Shown piece by piece: positions 7,754 through 14,256 of a stretch of DNA of 14,256 nucleotides. The position numbers and the translations under genes were made by a program. Under the pieces are notes generated by a model. The model was not told the DNA's origin and did no database searches. It was given only the letters and a program-made list of their open reading frames with translations. The DNA is from an uncultured bacterium (GTDB lineage: Bacteria > Hydrogenedentota > Hydrogenedentia > Hydrogenedentales > JAEUWI01): NCBI GenBank assembly GCA_963977445.1, contig CAXBPH010000183.1, forward strand, positions 1 to 14,256. Reading direction: 5' to 3'. How positions within the stretch are numbered: position 1 is the stretch's first letter; the number at the start of each line of letters is the position of its first letter.

Positions 7754-8968
7754 ATGACGTTTAAAGAATTTGAAGATCTGGACCCGCGTTGTCTGCGCGT
7801 TTTGGAGCAGATGGGCATTGAAAGCCCAACCCCGGTCCAGGAACAAGCCTTACCTATCCTTATGGCGGGGAAAGACTTAATTGCCACAGCGCAAACGGGC
7901 ACGGGTAAAACCTTAGGTTTTGCTCTTCCCACCCTTTCCCGTTTGGCGAAAGAAAAAGAGTCCCGCAATCGTATGCTTATCCTGTTGCCAACACGTGAGT
8001 TGGCGATACAGGTGGAATCGGTTGTGGCCGAACTCTGCAAGGCCCTCCACATGCGCACCGCCCTCATTTATGGCGGCGTGGCCTTTGGCTCACAGATCGC
8101 TTCCCTGAAAAAAGGGTCGGATGTTATTGTGGCCACACCGGGTCGCCTTCTGGATCACATGAGCCGTGGCGCTATTAATTTCAAGACCTTAGAAGTACTT
8201 ATATTCGACGAAGCGGACCGGATGCTGGACATGGGCTTTCTGCCCGATATTAACCGCATTCTGGACCGCCTGCCCAAAGATCGTCAGACGGCCATGTTTT
8301 CGGCCACGTTTGCCCCCGAATTGCAGCGACTGACGCGAAACATGATGCGTAATCCCGAGCGGATTGAAGTGGGTACCATTTCAATGCCCGTGGATGCGGT
8401 CCGCCAATTGGTGGTGCCGGTGCGTCAGGAAGACAAGTCTAAGATTCTCCTGGAAATACTCAAGGAGGAGAAAATAGACTCCGCCATCATATTCCTGCGT
8501 ACGAAGGTGCGCACGGAGCGGGTGGCGAAGTTGTTGACGAAAGACGGCTTCAACGCGGCGGCGATTCACGGTGATCTCTCGCAAAAACTGCGTCAGCGCT
8601 CGCTGGATGGCTTTCGTTCGGGCAAATACACCATTCTGGTGGCCACGGATGTGGCGGCTCGCGGCCTGGACATCGATGATATCAGCCACGTAATAAATTA
8701 TGACATTCCGGAAAATCCGGATGACTATGTGCACCGAATAGGCCGAACGGCCCGTGCGGAGCGCGAAGGTGACGCTATTACCTTCGTCACACCCACGGAT
8801 CACTCTGCCCTGGGTGCGATTGAGCAGACCATTGGTAAGAACATTGAGCGCAAGGCCTATGAAGGCGCGCCCAACGTGTTGACCCTGTGGCGCCCACCGG
8901 GCGAGAAGCGCAAGGCGGGACCGGGTGGCCGGGTTCGCCGTGGCCGTAGCCTGATGCGCCGTCGGTAA
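7754..8968 (+). CDS. DEAD-box ATP-dependent RNA helicase (RhlE-like), 404 aa
   Basis: Q motif PTPVQ, AQTGTGKT, PTRELA, TPGRLLDH, DEADRMLDMGF, SAT, ARGLD and HRIGRTAR, with a short basic C-terminal tail. Confidence 0.96.
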   Translation: MTFKEFEDLDPRCLRVLEQMGIESPTPVQEQALPILMAGKDLIATAQTGTGKTLGFALPTLSRLAKEKESRNRMLILLPTRELAIQVESVVAELCKALHMRTALIYGGVAFGSQIASLKKGSDVIVATPGRLLDHMSRGAINFKTLEVLIFDEADRMLDMGFLPDINRILDRLPKDRQTAMFSATFAPELQRLTRNMMRNPERIEVGTISMPVDAVRQLVVPVRQEDKSKILLEILKEEKIDSAIIFLRTKVRTERVAKLLTKDGFNAAAIHGDLSQKLRQRSLDGFRSGKYTILVATDVAARGLDIDDISHVINYDIPENPDDYVHRIGRTARAEREGDAITFVTPTDHSALGAIEQTIGKNIERKAYEGAPNVLTLWRPPGEKRKAGPGGRVRRGRSLMRRR

Positions 8969-8972
8969 ATTG

Positions 8973-9001
8973 TTGACAAACCCGATGGAAAACGCTAAGG
9001 T
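8973..9001 (+). promoter_or_regulatory. Putative sigma70 promoter P1 of the mre operon
   Basis: TTGACA (8973-8978), 17-nt spacer, TAAGGT (8996-9001). Confidence 0.6.
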
Positions 9002-9073
9002 GGAACCTGGAGTTACCCATCGGGGATAGTGTCTTATGTCAGGCGGGAATGGCCTTCATTCTCCTGATGAGGA

Positions 9074-9108
9074 TTGGAATTGTGTTCCGATTCTGCTATA
9101 ATGCGCCC
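9074..9108 (+). promoter_or_regulatory. Putative sigma70 promoter P2 of the mre operon, with extended -10 and GC-rich discriminator
   Basis: TTGGAA (9074-9079), 17-nt spacer, TATAAT (9097-9102) preceded by TGC and followed by GCGCCC. Confidence 0.7.
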
Positions 9109-9225
9109 GGTGAGATGTGCCCCTCTCTAAGTCCTTCTATTGTATCGTCTTAGAGTTTTTTTGTCCCCTGTTGGACTTCCCCGTGGCACCCACGCGTTCC
9201 TAGTTGCTTTACGAGAGGGAAAGAA

Positions 9226-10254
9226 TTGTTCGGATTCCTGTCTAAAATTCCAGGCTTGTTTTCCCATGACATGGCGATCGACCTTGGTACAGCAAATACA
9301 CTGGTTTACGTAAAAGGCCAGGGTATCGTATTGTGCGAGCCATCGGTCGTGGCGATAAACACAAAAACCGGTAAGCCCCGTGCGGTGGGCAATGAAGCCA
9401 AGAATATGATTGGCCGTACCCCCGGTAATATTGTTGCGATTCGCCCCATGAAAGATGGAGTTATCGCCGATTTTGAAATCACCCAGGAAATGCTGCGCCA
9501 CTTTATTCAAAAAGTGCACAATCGCAGTCGCCTGGTGTGGCCCCGTGTTGCCATCAGTGTGCCTTCGGGTATTACGGAAGTGGAACGTCGCGCCGTTATT
9601 GACAGCGCCATGAAAGCGGGTGCCAAGAAAGTATATATTATTGAAGAGCCCATGGCGGCGGCGATTGGTGCGGGTTTGCCCGTGCACGAGCCCCAGGGGT
9701 GTATGGTGGTGGATATTGGTGGTGGTACGACCGAAGTGGCCGTCATCTCGCTGGGCGGCATTGTGTTCGCCAAATCGGTCCGTGTGGCCGGTGACGATAT
9801 GGACCAAGCCATTATTCAGCACCTGAAGCGTACGTATAATATGGTGGTGGGTGAACGGACGGCCGAAGATATCAAGATAGCTATCGGCTCGGCCTTTCCC
9901 TTGAAAGATGAATTGGAGATGCAGGTCAAAGGCCGCGATCAGGTCATGGGTCTGCCGAAGATAATTACGATTACCTCCGAAGAAATTCGGGAGTCCCTTC
10001 GTGAGCCGGTGAGCGCTATGGTAGATGCCGTTCGGGTAACCCTTGAGCGCACCCCACCGGAGTTGTCGGCAGATATTGTGGATCGTGGTGTGGTGCTGGC
10101 CGGTGGTGGCGCAAACTTGCGCGGCCTGGACCAGTTGCTGGCCAAAGAGACCGGACTCCATGTTACCGTATCCGAAGATCCCCTAACGGCGGTCGTGTTG
10201 GGTACGGGTAAATTCCTGGAAGAACTGAAGAATTACCCCGACGAGGAAATGTAG
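9226..10254 (+). CDS. mreB: Rod shape-determining protein MreB, 342 aa
   Basis: Motifs [46 protein letters not shown] and LAGGGA. TTG start with GAGGG upstream. Confidence 0.98.
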   Translation: MFGFLSKIPGLFSHDMAIDLGTANTLVYVKGQGIVLCEPSVVAINTKTGKPRAVGNEAKNMIGRTPGNIVAIRPMKDGVIADFEITQEMLRHFIQKVHNRSRLVWPRVAISVPSGITEVERRAVIDSAMKAGAKKVYIIEEPMAAAIGAGLPVHEPQGCMVVDIGGGTTEVAVISLGGIVFAKSVRVAGDDMDQAIIQHLKRTYNMVVGERTAEDIKIAIGSAFPLKDELEMQVKGRDQVMGLPKIITITSEEIRESLREPVSAMVDAVRVTLERTPPELSADIVDRGVVLAGGGANLRGLDQLLAKETGLHVTVSEDPLTAVVLGTGKFLEELKNYPDEEM

Positions 10255-10516
10255 GCGTTTGCTTGCATACGCCTGGGCACGCGGTTGTGCAATCGGCCCT
10301 GAAGCCGAATGAGTTCACCGTACCGCGAGGTGCGATTTCGTTGCTGGTTTCACGCGACACAGGCCATCGGTCTGGCTGTCGGCTTAGCACCCCAACCGTG
10401 GTGGCCGTGTATCAGCAGGTTAATCACCCGGGCTTCGCACCTCCCCACGCGGTGCCCGGCGTTGACGCACCCGTTTCCATACCGTCTGGGGTCCTACGCC
10501 TAGCGGAGACGGCGGT

Positions 10517-11458
10517 TTGGCACTAACCCGAATAATGGCGGAAAACCGCGCCGAAGTAATCCTGGCGGTCTTATCCCTCTTATCCTTCATCTCGCTGGTG
10601 AGCGGCACCTCAGCGAGCATCATTCACCGGGCACTTACCCGTGTGGTGACCCTCTCCAGCTACCCCTTTCTGGTGGCCCGCACCTCATTGGAAGAAGGCG
10701 TAGAGTATTCCTTCGATTTCGTCTGGCGCTACAATGAATTGCGTGAGGAAAACGACAACAACAAAATCCTCCATTCCCGCTACCAGACCGTATTGGCCAA
10801 GGAAGAGGAATTGGTCGCTGAGAACCGCCGCCTTCGGGACATGCTCGATTTTGCCCGTTCGGAAGAGCGCCTTACCCAGGTACCGGTCCGCATTATTGAG
10901 AATCTGCGTGGCATGCTGACCATCGATCGGGGCCGACTCCATGGCATTGAGCGAAAAATGGCGGTCATTACAGAGCAAGGGGTGGTCGGGATTGTGACCG
11001 AAGTACACGATCTGACGGCGGGCGTAGCCACACTCCACCACCGGGACTGCCGTATTGCCGCCATGGTCCACCGCAATCGGATTCGGGCCTACGACGGCGT
11101 GGTCAAGGCCAACGGCACCGACTACAATTATGTTTGTTCTATGGATTTTATCGATATGAAAAATGATGTGCGCACCGGCGACATCGTGGTAACGAGCCCC
11201 GAAAGTATCTTTCCCGCGGGCCTGCCCGTGGGTACGGTCAGCGTGGTTCATGATACGGGCGGCGCTCTCTGGCGTTGGGCCGAAATTGAGCCCGCGGTTG
11301 ACCCCTATGTGCTGGATGAGGCCTTTGTGATCACGCGATCTGTGCCCGAAGAGCAATTCCTGGCTGGTGGAACCCATCGGGATACCTATCGGGAAGCCAC
11401 TTCGCTGGCCCCAACGAGCCCCGACGAGCGGACTATCCAAGAGCGACTGGCCCCATGA
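10517..11458 (+). CDS. mreC: Rod shape-determining protein MreC, 313 aa
   Basis: N-terminal TM helix, coiled coil (ELREEN...ENRRLRDML), TIDRG..HGI, GVVG and GD.VVTS...IFPAGLPVG, positioned after mreB. TTG 10517 has GGAG 8 nt upstream (alternative start ATG 10535). Confidence 0.93.
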   Translation: MALTRIMAENRAEVILAVLSLLSFISLVSGTSASIIHRALTRVVTLSSYPFLVARTSLEEGVEYSFDFVWRYNELREENDNNKILHSRYQTVLAKEEELVAENRRLRDMLDFARSEERLTQVPVRIIENLRGMLTIDRGRLHGIERKMAVITEQGVVGIVTEVHDLTAGVATLHHRDCRIAAMVHRNRIRAYDGVVKANGTDYNYVCSMDFIDMKNDVRTGDIVVTSPESIFPAGLPVGTVSVVHDTGGALWRWAEIEPAVDPYVLDEAFVITRSVPEEQFLAGGTHRDTYREATSLAPTSPDERTIQERLAP

Positions 11459-11519
11459 TTTATTTCCGATGCGGCTGGCTAGCTTCGTGCACAGACCGGA
11501 CCCCGGGGGATATGTCCTC

Positions 11520-12023
11520 ATGAGAAATATACTCTGGATAATCGTGGTGGTTACGGCAGCGCTCGTGCAAACGACCTGGCCCGACTTTCTCAAGATACAA
11601 AATGTAACCCCCGACCTGGTACTCATGGTCGTGGTCTATTTCGCCATTTCCGCCGGTGAAGAGCGGGCCATGTTGACGGGTGCCCTGGGTGGCATTTATC
11701 AAGATGTGGCAAGTAAAGCCGTCCTTGGGCATAATATATTGTGTCTCGTGGTTGTAGGCTATGCCGCCGGGCGGATCTCGACCCGGTTGGTTACCGACCA
11801 TCCGGCCGTCAAAGCCGGCCTGGTTCTGCTGGCGGGCATAGCCCAGGGATTTTTCCACACGGTGATTGAAGATATTCATTCACCCGAGACGCTACTGATT
11901 AAGACCGTCGTAAGTGTTGTGGTGCCGGCTTCTTTCTATACGGCATTGATAACACCCTTCGTGTTTGTCGTCCTGGACCGTATTTTTGGAAAGCATCAAA
12001 AACCGCAGGGGAGCGCAGCGTGA
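11520..12023 (+). CDS. mreD: Rod shape-determining protein MreD, 167 aa
   Basis: Hydrophobic multi-TM protein with PDLVL and GIYQD...LG motifs, located between mreC and mrdA. ATG 11520 follows GGGGGA. Confidence 0.9.
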   Translation: MRNILWIIVVVTAALVQTTWPDFLKIQNVTPDLVLMVVVYFAISAGEERAMLTGALGGIYQDVASKAVLGHNILCLVVVGYAAGRISTRLVTDHPAVKAGLVLLAGIAQGFFHTVIEDIHSPETLLIKTVVSVVVPASFYTALITPFVFVVLDRIFGKHQKPQGSAA

Positions 12024-13972
12024 TTACGCTCAGCAACGAACCCAAGCGATACGAAGGCGTAGAAAACCGGGTTCAGATTATGGCCCTGGTGCTGGCGCTC
12101 ATGTTTACCATTCCGTGCCTCCGGCTGTGGAAGCTGCAGGTCGTCGATCAGAGTGTTTACCAATCGACGGCGGACGACCAGCGGATTCATGAAGAGCCCC
12201 TGGAGTCCGATCGTGGCGTTATCTACGGAAGCAATGACGTCATCCTGGCCAACAATAAGGCAAGCGTAAGCATTGTATTCACGGCAGGCGAGTGCCCCGA
12301 AGTGCAGCGTGAAGCCACGTGCCTCCGGTTGGCGGAGCTCCTGGACCTGGAGCCCAACGCCCTGTTGGAGAAGGTGAAAAAAAATGAAAACGATCCCTTC
12401 ATGCAGCTCGTCATTAAAACGGACGTCACCAAGACGGAACTATTTCGTATAGAAGAGAATGGGCTGGACCTTCCCGGTGTTGCCCCCATCGTCCGGCCCC
12501 AGCGGCGTTATCTATATCGGGAGACCGGTGGTCAGCTTCTTGGGTATCTGGGCGAAATAAGTCGGGATAAGCTGAACGAATCCAAGTGGCGTGATCAGGG
12601 CTATGGACAAGGGGACGTCATCGGGCTGGGCGGTATAGAAGCCGAATACGAGCGGCAGTTACAGGGCCAGGATGGCTTTCTCCTGGTGACTCAATATGCC
12701 ACGGGCCGTCCTCAATTGCGCACTGATCGTGGTGGCATGCCGATTCTGGCCAAACGGGACAGCGCTGGCAACGTTTCCACGATTGAGGGCAAAGGGCGCG
12801 AGCCCCGTGCGGGCGAGCCTCTCTACCTGACATTGGACATCGACTTGCAGGCCAAATGTGAATCCCTGTTGCTCGGTGACGTGGGCGCTATTGTGGTACT
12901 CAATGCCGATACGGGCGCGGTGTTGGCCATGGCAAGTGTGCCGACCTACGACCCCAGTGTTTTTGTATCCCATGACCCCACGGGCAAACGCAGTGCGTTA
13001 CTCCGTGCGGAAGATCCCAAGCCCATGTTGAGCCGGGCCTATCGGGAACAATACCCACCGGGATCGGTGTTCAAAATAATGCTTGCCGCTGCCGCGCTCG
13101 AAGAAGGGGTCATTACGCCCGCGACGTCCCATTTCTGTGGTGGCGGGTTCAAGATCAATGGCACCGGCCGCACCTGGCACTGCTGGAAGCGGGGTGGACA
13201 TGGTCGTGTGGCGGTGAAAGAGGCTCTGGCCTATTCGTGTGACGTGTTTTTTTATAATGTAGGCCTTGCCCTGGGCGTAGACAAAATCCAGGAGTGGGCC
13301 CACCGAATGGGTATGGGTGTACTTACCGGAATCGACATGCCTCGGGAGACCGTCGGGCTGATCCCCGGAAAAGAATGGAAGGCCGAGGTCTTCGCTGACA
13401 AAGACGTGTGGGATCAGAAATGGTACCCCGGGGATACGGTGAATTTGAGCATCGGGCAGGGTAGCGCGGCCACGACGCCCTTGCAAAACGCCGTGATGAT
13501 GGCGTGCATCGCCAATGGGGGGCGACGCATCACCCCCCACCTCAATCGTGATCTCGAAGTGCAATCCAGCGAACGGTTTCTCAGCGACACCACGATCGAT
13601 ATTATTCAGGGTGGCATGCGCATGTGTGTGGAAAAGGCCCCGCCCAACTATCCCACAGGCACGGGGTGGCGCGCTGGTGTGCCGGGTCTTGCTATCCTGG
13701 GCAAGACAGGTTCGGCCCAGGTGATGAACCTGTCGCACCATGAAAAGTATGCCACCGAAGAAGACATTCCCTATGAGATGCGTGATCACGCCTGGTTTGT
13801 GGCGGCCGTTCTGGATCGCGATCCACAGATCTCCATCTGTATACTGGTAGAGCACGGGCACCATGGCAGTACGTCGGCAAGTATTCTGGCGAAGCCCTTG
13901 CTGGAATATTTCTATCGGGATCAGGTTGATACGGGAATCCAGGTTGCCCAGTCGGCCCAGGAGAAACCATGA
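12020..13972 (+). CDS. mrdA: Penicillin-binding protein 2 (class B transpeptidase), 650 aa
   Basis: Pedestal motifs RGVIY, RRYLY, G..GIEAEYE and LTLD..LQ. Catalytic SVFK, SCD (the SxD variant typical of PBP2) and KTGSAQ, plus RDHAWF. GTGA overlap with the mreD stop codon. Confidence 0.95.
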   Translation: MITLSNEPKRYEGVENRVQIMALVLALMFTIPCLRLWKLQVVDQSVYQSTADDQRIHEEPLESDRGVIYGSNDVILANNKASVSIVFTAGECPEVQREATCLRLAELLDLEPNALLEKVKKNENDPFMQLVIKTDVTKTELFRIEENGLDLPGVAPIVRPQRRYLYRETGGQLLGYLGEISRDKLNESKWRDQGYGQGDVIGLGGIEAEYERQLQGQDGFLLVTQYATGRPQLRTDRGGMPILAKRDSAGNVSTIEGKGREPRAGEPLYLTLDIDLQAKCESLLLGDVGAIVVLNADTGAVLAMASVPTYDPSVFVSHDPTGKRSALLRAEDPKPMLSRAYREQYPPGSVFKIMLAAAALEEGVITPATSHFCGGGFKINGTGRTWHCWKRGGHGRVAVKEALAYSCDVFFYNVGLALGVDKIQEWAHRMGMGVLTGIDMPRETVGLIPGKEWKAEVFADKDVWDQKWYPGDTVNLSIGQGSAATTPLQNAVMMACIANGGRRITPHLNRDLEVQSSERFLSDTTIDIIQGGMRMCVEKAPPNYPTGTGWRAGVPGLAILGKTGSAQVMNLSHHEKYATEEDIPYEMRDHAWFVAAVLDRDPQISICILVEHGHHGSTSASILAKPLLEYFYRDQVDTGIQVAQSAQEKP

Positions 13973-14256
13973 GCCACAGAGCGCACGATTACCAGGCCGA
14001 AGATGCCATCATGCGGGCCATCAATTTCCGTAATCTTCGGCGCATCGACTGGTTGCTCCCCATTTTCGTGATAAGCCTGGCCGTCATTGGCTGGGTGACC
14101 ATGTACAGCGCGAGCGCCCATGCGACGGAAACGTACTACCACAAGCAAATATTCTTTTTCATTGCCGGCGCGTTCGTTGCTGCGGCACTGATTTGCGTCG
14201 ACTACCGATCGGTGGTCGCGCTGGCACCCCTCATGTATGTGGTGGCCGTGGGACTG
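13969..14256 (+). CDS. rodA: Rod shape-determining protein RodA (SEDS family), N-terminal 96 aa, truncated by the window edge
   Basis: Absent from the ORF track; translated by hand as MSHRAHDYQAEDAIMRAINFRNLRRIDWLLPIFVISLAVIGWVTMYSAS...YHKQIFFF...VDYR..., with the SEDS hallmarks IDW, G...MYSA, KQ and DYR. ATGA overlap with the mrdA stop codon and AGGAG upstream. Confidence 0.92.
   Translation, partial: MSHRAHDYQAEDAIMRAINFRNLRRIDWLLPIFVISLAVIGWVTMYSASAHATETYYHKQIFFFIAGAFVAAALICVDYRSVVALAPLMYVVAVGL

Noticed and set aside
10265..10470. Firm 6S RNA call
   Set aside because: The size fits, but the internal bubble is strongly asymmetric and the typical 6S motifs are not evident. It needs a covariance-model search.

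Overview
GC-rich bacterial chromosomal window, mostly ordinary. Left arm (minus strand): a rhodanese-domain protein, a secreted penicillin/GL-7-ACA acylase-family Ntn hydrolase, and a Tat-signal Gfo/Idh/MocA oxidoreductase; the last two are each followed by an intrinsic terminator. Right arm (plus strand): a Kelch/NanM-like beta-propeller fused to a SiaT-like sodium:solute symporter, a DEAD-box RNA helicase, and the elongasome operon mreB-mreC-mreD-mrdA-rodA (rodA cut by the window edge). I saw no transposase, integrase, CRISPR array, rRNA or canonical tRNA, and no clearly novel multi-gene system. The best leads are non-coding: (i) a promoter-preceded ~88-nt structured element ending in GCCA (1721-1808, minus); (ii) an extensively base-paired ~200-nt element in the long mreB-mreC spacer; (iii) a 29-bp-arm palindrome built from 9-nt units (1873-1937); (iv) tandem mreB promoters with a stringent-type discriminator and a possible attenuator. 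All RNA pairings were read by eye and have not been computed.
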